Under the pieces are notes generated by a model, which saw only the letters and a list, made by a program, of their open reading frames with translations, had not been told where the DNA came from and did not search any database. Source: Trichoplax sp. H2 (taxonomy: Eukaryota). From it: 64,000 nt of DNA. How positions within the stretch are numbered: the stretch's first letter is position 1; every line of letters starts with the position of its first letter. The stretch covers positions 1 to 64,000 of the forward strand of contig NOWV01000162.1 of NCBI GenBank assembly GCA_003344405.1. Reading direction: 5' to 3'. Made by a program: the position numbers and the translations under genes. Below, one piece after another: positions 40,970 to 54,279 of this stretch.

Positions 40970-41494
40970 TTATCCCCATAAAATACTGTAAAAAGATCAT
41001 CAGATAAGTTACATTAGTTGATTCATTTAATAATGGGCATACTGTCTCCATGTGTATGTATAGTAACATTTTTATGCAGGTGCAGCATCCAAAACGTTAG
41101 CACTCTGCTGTGTCCATGTACTGGATATTAAGCATTTTCTCAACATACATCAACGTATACTACAATCCAACCGATTCTAAATCTATGTCACTACGATAGC
41201 ACGGCACTACTATGGTACAGTTACCACTACAAACAGATTAATCTATTGCAAACCTTAATAAACCAAATTCCGGGGTTTGCGGATCCGGTCCTTGCTTAAA
41301 ACCTACATAGGCAGTCATGTGAAAGGAAGCATTTTGAAGTAGCGATCAAGATCTGCTGAAGTCATTCAACGGACATGATTGTTGTCCTTACCTAAGTAGA
41401 CTATAACAGGTATAAATCCCCATTGGAAGAGCGTCTGCCCGGTGGAGATAACTCTTCGAATTCGTTTTTTGGTATCTTCATTCATTTTCACCAT
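40970..41494 (-). CDS. TOMM7: Mitochondrial import receptor subunit TOM7, 55 aa
   Basis: Three exons 41494-41392, 41302-41254 and 40985-40970 give MVKMNEDTKKRIRRVISTGQTLFQWGFIPVIVYLGFKQGPDPQTPEFGLLSILWG*. This has the Tom7 signature WGFIPxxxYLG and an animal-type LWG C-terminus. Not present in the ORF track. Confidence 0.95.
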
Positions 41495-41581
41495 GTTGCT
41501 AGAGCTGGATCCTCCCGATGTTCAGTAAAAATGGCCAAAATGGCGAGCTCGTAGTCAATGATGAGCTATTTGCTACAGTCA

Positions 41582-41660
41582 TAGTACTGTCAACGTACTG
41601 TAGTACTGTACTGTACTGTACTGTAGTACTGTACTGTACAGTGTACAGTGTACACTGCAG
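41582..41660. repeat. (TACTG)n / GTACAGT low-complexity tract in the TOMM7 upstream region
   Basis: AGTACTGTACTGTACTGTACTGTAGTACTGTACTGTACAGTGTACAGTGTACAC read directly; CACGTG E-box at 41663-41668. Confidence 0.85.
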
Positions 41661-42755
41661 TCCACGTGATTGCTGGTGGATGCGCAATGAAGTCTTTTGG
41701 CAGCAACAAGCATGTCACAGTGACATTCTTTTTGCTAGCCATTTGAGGTGTGAATAAAACTGTGGAGGCTTGGCTACTTATTATTATGTGAATGCGACTG
41801 ATGACTGAACATATACGTAGAGTATCTAACAAAAATAATGTCACCATTACCTAACTAGATATCATTTTGAAATACTGTATGGACAGAAACACTACCGAAA
41901 TGGCAACACACAGTTTTGGACAACCGGGTAGTGTCGGCCTTTAGTTAATTCTTAAGGGGTATAAAAAAAGAAGAAGTTATTAACGAATCTACACCACTGA
42001 ATCTAAATATTGTATACAGGAGTATTCTGTTGAGATAGTTAAGAATAGTAAAAGTAGGAATCATACTATAGATTAGATACAAATTGTACTATCGATACAG
42101 CCGTTTGGGTAATGTAACTGTCAAGATGAGAAATGACCGAAACTACTGGAATAGTGCACTCAGTACTGAGTCAGTAGAGTAAATGACGAGCTATTTAGCC
42201 TATTTTGACCAATACTACTAATAATTTTTGACACCCCGTCGACCGGTCTGCTATGCACTAGACTATCCTTAGTATATCATGGCACAATAAAGTGGATAAG
42301 GTGGCACTCAAGTTGCCTGTTTATGATTTGACTTAAAGTCTTCGTTGCCGTAAAAGTAAAATAGGAAACATCTGACTCCAATATCATCGGCCAGTATACC
42401 ATATTTTCTACTCTTCACAGACTTAGGGCATAGTACAGTATATCAGACAAGTTGTGCCGTATCGTGCCTAGAGTCTTACATCAGCTGCTCTACTGCATGG
42501 AACCTTTCATGATTGAAATGAACTCCTACTGGACTGTATTTTACAAGGGCATTAACTATAGACATCGATGGGGGAAAAGAGCATTTCACTCTTTTAATAG
42601 ACAATATTGAAGATTGCTACTTGTGTTATAGCACGAAATGGATGTCATGAACCTGATTCTTGACTGAAAATAGACTTTTAACCGAGAACTCCTATGATAT
42701 TTACTAGTATTGAGAAGAGCTGCAGTAGAACACCTACTGTGCATAATCCGTCCTT

Positions 42756-42769
42756 GTTGCTATGACAAC
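42756..42769. promoter_or_regulatory. Candidate RFX X-box upstream of ANKAR
   Basis: GTTGCTATGACAAC fits the RFX palindromic consensus GTTRCCATGGYAAC with 2 mismatches. Confidence 0.55.
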
Positions 42770-43689
42770 GATTGCACGGAAACAATTTCGATTAATTAAC
42801 GGCCAACAGACTATTCTTGTTAATATTATTACCTACCCCCAAAGCTGATAGCGACTACTTTGAGATAGTCAATGAAGCTGAAAGTGAACAAATAGTTGCC
42901 AAAGATCCTTATATTTATACTGTACATATACGCGTATATTATCTGGATATCGGACTGATTTAGAATCGTGTTTGGTGACGATTGAAAATAGAGTGGGTTA
43001 CCGCATAGATTGAACACAAAGTGAACTTGGAGTTGTGGCGTAACATTAATATTTCCAACAATTATTAGCTATACCAGTCACTAAAGATGACCAAATTACC
43101 TTTTTTGATCAAGAGGAGCAGTTGATTTAAGTAAGTGTGGACATTAAATGGATAGCCTACCTGGAATTAGGGTATATCATTCATTTGGCCAAATGGACTA
43201 GTTACTTGCCCTTAATAATTTCAATTCGTTCTGTTACCCTAGGGTACAAGCATACTTAAAGTTGCTTCAGCTTTATAATGATGAAGTGAGAACCGATTAA
43301 TTTGGGGATAGAATTGGTTCTTTTGTGGCTATGGCTATTTAAATTTCATCTTTAAAGAGTAGGTAGTTTACATATAAATGGCGGTTGTATTACTTAATGA
43401 CAGATTAAACACTTTCCGAATGATCAGCATTATTTTCGCCAAGGCTAATTTATCTGTAGTTCTACTTTCAAATCATTTTACTCTTATCTTGTCACTGACA
43501 ATATTGCTATCATTACTTTAACGATCAGTGTTATGATATGCCCTATTCTATTTACTCGTATTGTACTGTAGCTACGATACGATCGTAGATATAGAATATT
43601 CTTTCTCCTTTTCATTTTTGTTCCACATTAGGCAGGATACATTTGAGAAGGGAAAGAATCTAATTTGTATAGTATACAGAGTAGTTAAC

Positions 43690-43704
43690 GTTATCATAGG
43701 CAAC
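43690..43704. promoter_or_regulatory. Candidate RFX X-box about 240 bp upstream of the ANKAR start codon
   Basis: GTTATCATAGGCAAC, a 15-bp X-box variant with an intact GGCAAC half-site. Confidence 0.5.
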
Positions 43705-43937
43705 AGTGTATAAATCACTTGATGTTGACAATCTTTACATATTTTTCCATTTTTCTATTTATAGGATAATATTACTGTATTAAGAAATTAAAAAGTTTTT
43801 AGACCGCAACACTTGTCTAGTATAAAGTCACTCATAAGGATATCCTTTCAGCCAATAAGTTAATCGAAATATTGAGAAAAAGTTAAGCTATCACTAGTAG
43901 CCAGTTATTGGAAGTTAAATTGATCAAGACTATAATC

Positions 43938-46900
43938 ATGTCACAATTGCAGACTATGGCTATTTCGCCGTCTGCTAGCATGTCAAGCTTGATACAACCA
44001 AAAACAGACGCATCGCGACATGGAAAAACGAGTGTTGGTAATATGCCTCGACTAAAACGTGACGAGTCAATTAGTAGTACTTTATCTGCATCACGCCAAG
44101 CCGCTGCATTTTTTGATCGTTACAGTCGATATGAATGCCAAGAAGTATTGACTTCAATGATAACCGATAGCTTACTTTCACCAGAAGATAATATGAATGG
44201 AGGAGTTGTTGGATCCCCATATGGGGTGATTAGCCATTTAAGTGGATGTCAAAAATGCTGTTTAATTGCATTGCCGGTCGAATCTACTTCTAGCCAATAC
44301 GACTTACGCGAGTTGCATCAAATTATTCGCGAATTAGTTACTGGAATATTTGTATTTAACCAAATTCCTTCTATCTATTTAGAAGCCAATTATGACCAAA
44401 ATACACTATGTTCATTACCGCCAGCTTATTTAGACACACGCGTTGGTCAAGTCTTAATTAATATTGATTATGCGCTTAAATGTTTATGGCATGGTACCTA
44501 TTTTCCTCGTGATAAACGCTTAAAATTTGCTGAAAAATGGCGACAAGCTTTAAATATTAATGTAGCGTCAGGCAAATCGGAAGGCCGACGTCAAACTGCT
44601 ATGGCATTTACTGAATCAGGAGTCGTCGATTTGTCAAAGGAAGGCGATTATGTTGAAGCCATACGGATTGAAAATGAACGGTTAGAACGTTTAGCTGCTA
44701 AAGAGACAGATGATGACTGTGATATTCGCAAGCTTACTATGCTACATGTGGATGAATTATTTCTACGCCTTATAGCCAAGCAACAAACTATGCAGTGCTA
44801 CAATAATATGTTGGTAGTGGATGGCTTGAATGATGTTGTCGGTTGTATTAGACATATTGATCAGAGAATGACTAATGATGAATACCGTCGCATTCTACAA
44901 CGATTTCGTGATGAGTGTGCATTTCTACAAAATAATTTATCGCAACGATCAGATTTACGGCATCAATTAGCTCTGTTAAAATTTATTTCGCTAATGGTAC
45001 CGCTATTAATTGCATTGAAAAAGCGTGGACGAATTCCAGATGTTAATCGACTGATTAAAAATGCTTATTTTACGGAACAACTAAAAACGGAACGCGATTT
45101 GCCACCACTAATTCAATTAGAAAATAATCATCGTTTTTTTCGATTTGATCAAGATGACTTCTTCCATTTACATGGTAGTATTTTAATTGAAGTCGAAACA
45201 CCAACAACGAGTAAGGTTCAGAATACCGCATTAATAACATCATTTGATGAAATGATGAGGAAAGCATTATCTAACGCTAACGATGCATTAGAATCAGAAT
45301 CCTATAGTGAAAGTTGTTATATGCCTGTTCATGAAATAGGTGGACAATCATACTGTTTTTTAGCTATAGAACTAGAGCCATCCCATTTGAACCAAGTTTC
45401 ACAACGAGTACCTCCATGGATGTCGGCTTTACAAGATGAAGTTGGTAAATTACGACCTAGGAGAATACCAATGACCGATCAACAAGTTAGTGAACAGTTA
45501 AGGAAGCAATTTGGTAATAAAATTGCGTCCAAGTTGAAGTATCTACCTTTGGCGTTACGAGCATGTAGTCAATACGGATTTCCAGCTATTTTCCAATCGG
45601 TATCACGACGTTGTCCTGCGTCTCATATTATGAAATTGGACGATAATGGGCTTTCACCAATTCATCATGCTGCTATTCGTGATAAGCCAAATATTATTTC
45701 TATCATTTTGGCACATGGTGAGTAATAAAAGTAACATATTACGTAAAACCCTAATAAAAAATTTGATACTGTTTAATATCGTACGAGTATCATTTGTTCA
45801 ATTTTGATGATATACGCAGTATTGCAGTTGAAACGAAATTTTAGTAATTTTCTTATCCCTTCAGCAGTATCCTTCTATAAATGAAACTGTAGTGCATTAT
45901 CGTTTTATTCATTGAAAGTAGTTTATTTACAACATATTACGATATATTTACTTATATTAATCCGAGTCAGTATCTAAAAAGCCAACACTTTTACAGTCAC
46001 ACATATACTGTAGATCCAAATAATGACATGCTGGAATAAAGTTCTACATTCAATTTCACTTTAACAATTAGAATGAGTAAAATTAATTTTGATTTGTATA
46101 TCACAAATTTATTCTCCTAACTTAGGCGTAAAATAATGTTATAAAACTATATTCAATTTCTATGTATCTATCTTTATTACATTAAAATTATCTGATAGGC
46201 ATTAGCATTAACTTAAGGCGGAGTTTTAACACGGTGGCATTTGGAGGAACTCCTTTACATTTAGCGGCGCGTTGTGGTAGTATTTTAAGCCTTGATTGTT
46301 TACTATCTAAACAAGCAGATCCTTATCTTACTGATAGTCGCGGTTGGGCCGCTATCCATCATGCTACATATAGTAACCAAGCTGATATGACTAAGCATTT
46401 ACTGCATCGTTATCAAGACCTATTAAATAAACGAACAAACTGTGATCGCAAGTTAACACCCGTTCTAGTAGCAACACTAAGCGGTGCCTTGGATTCTATT
46501 ATTTGCTTACGTTCTCTAGGTTGTAATATGCTAGTCAAGGATGCCAATAGGTGTTGTATCGTCCATACAGCCATCATTTGCCGAAATCCTAATGTCCTTG
46601 AATACTTAATTGATTATCCATATCATAACTTACACGTTTGGGAAGTCATTGTAGATATGATTAAAAGTGATGATTTAGAAAAAATGGAATCAACAGCGGC
46701 AATGATGGTCTTTTTGAGTACATCGCATCAGGATAATTGGCGACAAATATTAGATCATGGTGGTGTCGAAGCATTAGTCAAAATATTAGCTATTGAAGGC
46801 GATGATGAAAAACCGAAAGAAGATAGAGAGAGTTTAGATGATTTTTTATTAGATGAGGATGAAATAGAACAGAAGTTGCGATTAAGTCAAGATTTGCGCC

Positions 46901-49245
46901 CATTGCGTGCATTAACAACACTAGTTTTGAAAAATATATCACAGCATGATCTAGTTAAACAAGTTATATCTGAGACCAATGGTATTCCGTTATTAATTAA
47001 AATGTTGCGCTTGGCTGATGATATTATTTTATCGCGTGTAGCTGTCGTTATATGCAATTTATCCACTGTTGATGGTAATCAGTTTAGTATTGCTGCAGGT
47101 GATGGTATTGAACCACTAATATCATTACTATTGAAGAATACAAATCACGATGTGTTAGTCAATGTCGTTAAAGCTATTAGTCTATTGGTTGAAAATAATC
47201 TTGATAATCAAACTGCAGTAGCTAATTTTGAAGCAACTGGCCAATTAGTTAAATTATTATCTACCCAATTTCCAGTTAAGTTACGTGCACAAAGTGCAGC
47301 TGCTATATGTGCTCTAGCAACCAATCATCCAAAAAATCGAGAATTATTTGTTAAAGCAGGTGCTATACCTCCATTAATTGATCTACTACAAATACGTAGT
47401 GTTAACTCACAAATACAAGCAGCTGCAGCATTAGAAGCATTGGCATCCGATAATCCTTATAATCAACGAGTTATGCTACATATTAAAGATGCAGTCAAAC
47501 CATTAATGCGATTATTAAAAGTTTGGGATATTCAAGTAAAAGAGCAAGCTGCTTCAACATTGTGGGCAATTGCTGGTACTTCGATTCGTCAACGAAATGC
47601 TGTGTGTCAACGTATTGGTATTAATACTTTTGTTGACTTAATGCTGATGAAGTCTGAAAAATTACAATTAGTATCATGTATTGCGTTAGAGGCATTAGCA
47701 AGTGGTTCATTAGATGATCAAGCTCGTATTGCCGAAGCTGGCGGTATACAGCCGTTAATTCGATTATTAAGATCGCCTAAAACTTGCGAGCTAGTTCTAT
47801 TAACAGCGATAAGATTACTGGGTTCGCTTTGTATTGGTGTCGCTCACACTAATAATCGTCCATTACAAAATGAAATTGCTCCAGAAGCTATACCATTATT
47901 AGTCGAGTATATGAATGATGCATCACATGAATTAATCCAAGTTGATTCAGCTTGTACGCTAGCTTGTTTAACATTGAATAATTCAACAACACAAAAACTG
48001 TTGCAAAACTACGAAAAATTCAATTACCAATTAATATTGCAACTATTTGAATCAGATAATGAAGAAGTACGATTAAAAGCCGGTACTGCATTAACAACAT
48101 TTGCATTTAAAGATGCTCGACAAAAGAATGCAATCGTTAAAGCAGGTGGTATACAATTGTCTCTTATAATACAATTTTTAGAGTCAAGCGATGAACTATT
48201 TCGTGTTAATGCTGCTTTTCAAATGATTGTATTAGCGCCCGTTATTAATAATTGTGACCAGGTTGAATTAACTGCAATTGCCATCGAGCAGTTAATTAAA
48301 TTATTAGAGTCTAGTGAAGAGACTACACAAATTTTAGTAGCGCGTGCTATTGCTAGCTTAGCCCATACAAGACCTGGTATAGCAGCTGCATTTATGACTT
48401 GTGGCGCTGTTATTGTTTTAATTAATAAGCTTGAAAAGTCTAAAGAAGAATTTGTACGTATTACATCGGCAATCGCTTTGGGCTATTTATCATTTGATAG
48501 AGCATCGGCACGTTTGCTATTAACGGCTTGTCGTAATTCTCCTGGTTTATATGAATCATTTCGAGGATATCTTGGTGACAACAAAATATCTAAAAATTTT
48601 GTCGATAGTTGGAAGCTAGCGGAATCTGTTGGATTACCATCCAGCAGGTACACTAAAATAGAATTATTCCATCATCTTTTTATCTACTTCTGATGCTATA
48701 TCTATTATTTTATGTTATTTATAGCTTGACTAAGAATGGAGGTCCCCCAATTTTGACCACGACCAAAATGAGACATGGTTAGTTAAAAAATTAATTTACT
48801 ATTATAATTGTAATGTACAAGCTACTTATCACTGATAATATATGCAGTAGTCCTAACAAATAGTATAATATATATTTTATTCTTAATTACTTTAGCTGGC
48901 ACACCGATTGTATGTTCAAGACCAAAGACTGCATCCAGTATCGTTAGCAGAAAATCGCAGGCTACAAGTACAACCAGTTTTAGTATTGGAAGTAAGAAAA
49001 CAGTTAAATTTGCTCAAAATGACTCTGTTATGCCTATTTTGCGGTCAAAATCTGTGGTAACTCTTGATAAATCGCTACCAAGCAAATTCTCTGATCTTAA
49101 ATTAACCATTGCAAGAGGTGATGGAGAAAGTGGTAGTACACAAATTAAAACAGTTAAGAAAGGGAACCAAGCTGATTCCACAACAGTAAATCAATTACGT
49201 AGGCCAAAAACTGCAGCTAATCGATTTTCAAATTTTACTAGTTGA
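43938..49245 (+). CDS. ANKAR: Ankyrin and armadillo repeat-containing protein, about 1543 aa
   Basis: Exons 43938-45717, 46199-48647, 48725-48777 and 48896-49245, frame-consistent (4632 nt). ANKAR-type N-terminal region (ELHQIIREL..GIFVFNQIPSIYLEANYDQ..LPPAY.DT..GQVLINIDY.LK.LWHG), ankyrin repeats (TPLHLAA, AAIHHA) and a long armadillo array (GGIQPLIRLL, GAIPPLIDLL). Confidence 0.9.
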
Positions 49246-50043
49246 TTTTTATTATTATTAACAGATTGGCTATGTACATCGATTTAACATCAGTGTAGCA
49301 CTTTAACCTATTACTTTACATCTAAGAATTCATACATGTATTATCACTGTCCACGCAATTGCTGAATAATAGTATTGATATTGCAGTACTAATGCTCAAG
49401 CTGGATATTGTAAATTTCGAGGCTTTGACTTTGCCACCTATTTGTAGCGATTTTAACTATTTAATTTTAGAATATAATTTATTCAGTTTTTTGCAATGTA
49501 TATAAATCTAGCTTTGACTTCTGCGATATGGTGTACAATATTGCTCGCAGGGTATTTATATATGCAGTAAAAAAATTATTATGCTTATCGATTTACGGTA
49601 ACTATATTATTAAGAAGATAAGGTGAGACCTTGCATCTTCTGTGATAACGTTTCAGACCTTAAAAAGTGTCAAAGTGATCTTTCAAATTTTACTTTAAAA
49701 TTGTTTATCTTAAAATTTTGTATTGGATTCCCGCTACGTATTACAATGTTACACTCTTTGGTATATTTCTTGAGATTGTTTTAACGTAAATACTTTGAGA
49801 GAATATTCATAAAACCTTACGATCAAATATACATAAGAGATAGTATCAGATATAGAAAAATCTGGTAGTCACTAAAAATGTTTCAGATCTTACATTGTGA
49901 TTTCTGATTGTAAATTATACAATATTAACGATTTCCTTTAGACCAGAAGCAGTAATAAAAATTCAATCAATATAACATAGTTAGCCGATATTATTGCATA
50001 CTAAATTCAAAGAAAAAAATTTATCTTTTAAAGTCCGTGTAAG

Positions 50044-52269
50044 CTAGACTTTAATATTGGATTTTGCAACTCTATCTGATAGATCGACACCTAAAGGCCA
50101 TCTGTAATAAGTAAAAAAAGAATTAGTTGGCGATAAAATAATAAGTTGTTAAAACCTACGCAATACTGTAGACATTGGATAGCATAGCACGGTATCGTGT
50201 TAATACTCGCAGTTCGATATCAGTTAGGTAAACGATAATTGGAAAGGCCTATTATAGATTTTTTATGATGAACTTACTTGGGTTGATATATAACAGATTG
50301 GGGGTTTAAAATTGTCGCAGTGTTGGATTTAAGATGTTCTACACCAGCCCTAGTAAAATCATAAGCTATAACGGTCAAATTTTAATTATAAAACAATGGC
50401 AGTTACTAGTTACTTATATAGTATAATTAATTAATATTACACAACGTAATGTTATACCAGGCAATCATAATTCCGTTATCAGTACACAAATACGGCGGAG
50501 GACAGGCAAGCTGGAATCCGAATGCTGTAGCACATTTATCGAGCTCATTTCTTATATAATTATTACAAGCAACACCTCCGGATATTACCTAAAGGAAGAT
50601 GTATATAGAATTTATATTGTCATTACAGTTAAATACTGAATACGCGCATGTAGTTTAACAAGTATGTCAAATTTATAAAGGTAATACCAAAGTTCGACAT
50701 TTCGGATTGAAGGTTTTACAGAAAACCAATGCACGACGAACACGTTTAGCAATGTGCCACGTTAGATAATACTGAAATGAGGCAGCCATGTTAGCGGCTA
50801 TCGTCATTTTTTGTTGATCCCAATCGCTTAGTGAAGCGAAAGATACTCTTTTTAAGTGAGCATTTACTGCAGACTTGAATCCGGCGAATGAAAAATTGCA
50901 GTTTCGCCTATTACAGCAATGCAAATGGCATAATATGAATGCTTACATATTATGAAAATATTACCATCAAAGCTAAAAAACTTTGCTTACACGCCAGCCA
51001 TAATGTGAGGTAGTTTAAAAGCTTTCTCATCTCCCAATTTTGCAACTATTTCGATAGCTCGACCTCCTGCAATGTCGCCTACTTCGGGATGAGTATGTAA
51101 TTCTAACGTTCGAGCAACCTAATAATTAGAATTGATCGCAAGTTAACAAATATAATAGTAAAGTATTTAACGTATTTGAATACAATAACATGAAATATCT
51201 GTACCTTATCGAAGACTTCACCAGGGGCATCATCCAATGTAGAGCCTAAGCGATAAAATTCGCAAGGACCATTAACAACAGCCAGGATACAATGACCACC
51301 GGATACCAGTAAGACTAAATAGGGAAATTCGATACTATAATAATAAAAATATTGACATTGTCAAGATTCATTCATGATGTTAAGAATTAACAATTATACA
51401 GTAAATTGGATAAATATATTTAATACAACTTACGGATTTAGCATACGAACAGTTAATGCATGAGCAGCCATGTGATGAACAGCTATGAATCTCTTACTAC
51501 AGTTCGAAATGAAGATAATTCCTTTATTGCTTTCGTGATTATATCGTATTAGCGGCCAGCCGATACTATCTTGCCAATTTCAACTGGTATCATATTGTAC
51601 TTACTTGTGCTGTTGTAATAGCTTCTTGCTATAATCTAAACCGACATTTAAACTGAAGGCTAATCCAGGTCCAACAGTTGTGGCGATTGTATGTATATCC
51701 TATAGATGAATAGTTAGGTTAACTATGATGATAGTAGGAAAATTTTAAGATTCAATGAATTGATGTTACCTCAATTTTTAAATTGCTTTTATGCAATGCC
51801 GATTGTACAACTGCATGGATATTGCGTTCATGCAGTTGGGCAGCAGTTACAGGATGAATTCCCCAACCGAGACTATACAGAATGAAGAATAAGGTTAGAA
51901 TATCAGAATTAATATGTTGCCATTTAATTATTGTCTCAATGATGAAGAAACGAGTCTATACGATCGTAGCCTTTGCCATGGTGTAAGCAATGCGATAAGA
52001 CAGATTCAACTATGTTTACTTAAGTTAACGCTAATAACTTACGGCTTGTGAATTGATGACTGCGATTGTAAAGCATCGCCTAACAAACGACCTTGATCAT
52101 CAACGATTGCAACACCAGTATCATCACAACTTGTTTCTATGCCCATGACTGTGGTATAATGACGTTGAAGAAGACACGATGGAGGTAATAACTTTGTTTT
52201 GAAGAATGTGAGAGGAGCTCTACGAGTAGAGCAGCTGTTCCAAATCCTGCTGATATTCATCCTAGCCAT
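50044..52269 (-). CDS. OSGEPL1: Mitochondrial tRNA N6-adenosine threonylcarbamoyltransferase (Qri7/TsaD family), about 408 aa
   Basis: 10 exons: 52269-52043, 51872-51770, 51699-51605, 51496-51434, 51334-51205, 51118-50991, 50907-50688, 50588-50458, 50349-50278, 50101-50044. Motifs [69 protein letters not shown]; Arg/Ser-rich N-terminal presequence. Confidence 0.95.
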
Positions 52270-54279
52270 TGGCACACTGTAGTGTATCCAATTGCCAATA
52301 CTAAAATAATTTGTATGCCGTAAAATGAAATGGATCGTTTGTGATCGTATGTAACGCTTACTATATAAGAGATATTAACGATCGAAATGACCACGACAAT
52401 TTTGATAGTTTTAAGCGTATTTCCTTTCGGATACCATGTTGACACTCTTTGCCTACGTATACACTTGAACAATTCGTTCTAGCACAGTGCTGGAATAATT
52501 GTCCTCATGAACGATCTATTTTAAGACAGTGATGATAACGTTCTTGTAGTGGATTGGTATGCTTTCCTTTTAAAATGTGTATTATGTAGCGGATACAATA
52601 GTAGCGATGAGGAAAGAGCTCTATCGGAGCTGCAGCCTGCAGAGGTGGAGAAGCTTGCTTACCTACGAGTTTATTGGAGCTGATAATTTTACAACGACTC
52701 TATTTTCTATCCCTCTATATCTAGGTATACATTGAACATTTAAGACTGGCTGTATACATGCATAGAAAAGTATGCAATTAGTGCATGAATATCTAAAATT
52801 TGTTGGAGATCTCAAGACGTTGAATGCTTTGAATTTGCCTGCAAGCGCGGACTTACGATGGAAAACGATGGATAGCAAATCAGCAACGATACCCTCCCTA
52901 CTCCCTACTGCATAGTATCTTTATACGATACGGCGCTCCTTATACAATATACTGATTCTTGGATTGGTGTACGGAACAGTAGAATCACTTCATTCATTCA
53001 CTCCAGTATCCGTTGTCCGATGTCCAATACAGTCTACAGTACGTTGCTACAATATAGAGTACTGTAGTGTCTGTGTACTGTACACTCTGTGGTCATCATG
53101 ACTTGCCAGTTTGCGATCAATTTTTGCGAATTTTTGACTCGATTTGGAATCTTTGGAGAGCTCTTGAAGGTAAATTTCAGTTTTAATCATCAGTTTAATT
53201 ATGATAGGCTTGAAAAAAAGAATATGTACAGATCCATGCAGTTTGGTAGTGCCCAAATATACTTTGTACAACATTGCATAGTACCATAATCCATTCATGC
53301 AACGGTGAAATATAGCAGTAGACCGTCGAAGTGGCCATGGACAGACAGGAAACTCTGCTCAGACGGACAGACATTTCTGCTTTCAGTACTAGTATAATGT
53401 CCTAACGCAGTTACTCGATTCTGTAATTCGCTTATCGCTGTAAATTAAGTAACATTATATTGAAATCTGTTCTTTGAAATCTACTTTAAAACGCTGGCAT
53501 AAAGTCGCGAATGTTGTTAAATTGGTACAAGTAATTAAGAAAATGTACCGCTCAAGATCCATACAAAGTAACTCATTTTTCGATCATAAATAATTGGACC
53601 TCATTTGTGTTCAAAAAGTCTGTCTGTCTGAAGAATTTGCTGTCTACTCTTCCAGGTGCATCGAGTAGTAGCTCCATGGACTGGCGTTCAACAATGAATT
53701 TCTCAGAAAGTTTTAGCCCCTTTCTTTAAAAATACTTGTAGCTTTTAACAGCAGGAGTAAAACTAAATATTGAAGATTAGTAATTGGAACAAGACTTTAG
53801 GGGGGAGATGAAAATTGGTTGAGAAGTTCCTGAATATACAGTACACAGGTTCAGCCCTTGTCGACAATCCAACAATCGCTATTCTAATACAGTATTGTAT
53901 AGCACCGTGGTCATGCATGGAACACAGTAGTCGTGGAGTGAGATTTATATCAGACAATGCGACTGGATTGGACGTTTTTCACTGACGATCCATTCTCCTA
54001 CAACATAGAATAGTATGGAACTGTACTCATACATGATACACAGTAGTCGGTGTCAAAATCTACCATGAAAATAACACCGCTCCGCTACAATCCTACTGTG
54101 CATTGTATAGAACCGCACTCATACATGATACACAGTTACTAAAAGAGTTGGACGGATGGTATAGACAGAAAGAGAGAGAGAGAGAGTGTGGCCGATCTAT
54201 CCATCTTCATCACTACGATCGGATTGCGCTTCTTGATCATCAAATCATGGCCATCATGTCTACCTTTTAATGCCAAGAA

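Noticed and set aside
41499..41847. Three overlapping short ORFs
   Set aside because: Artefacts of the TACTG low-complexity tract in the TOMM7 upstream region.
51455..51480. HHMAAH instead of HHMEAH in the OSGEPL1 metal-binding motif
   Set aside because: Both metal-binding histidines are intact and the middle positions vary across Kae1/Qri7/TsaD proteins.
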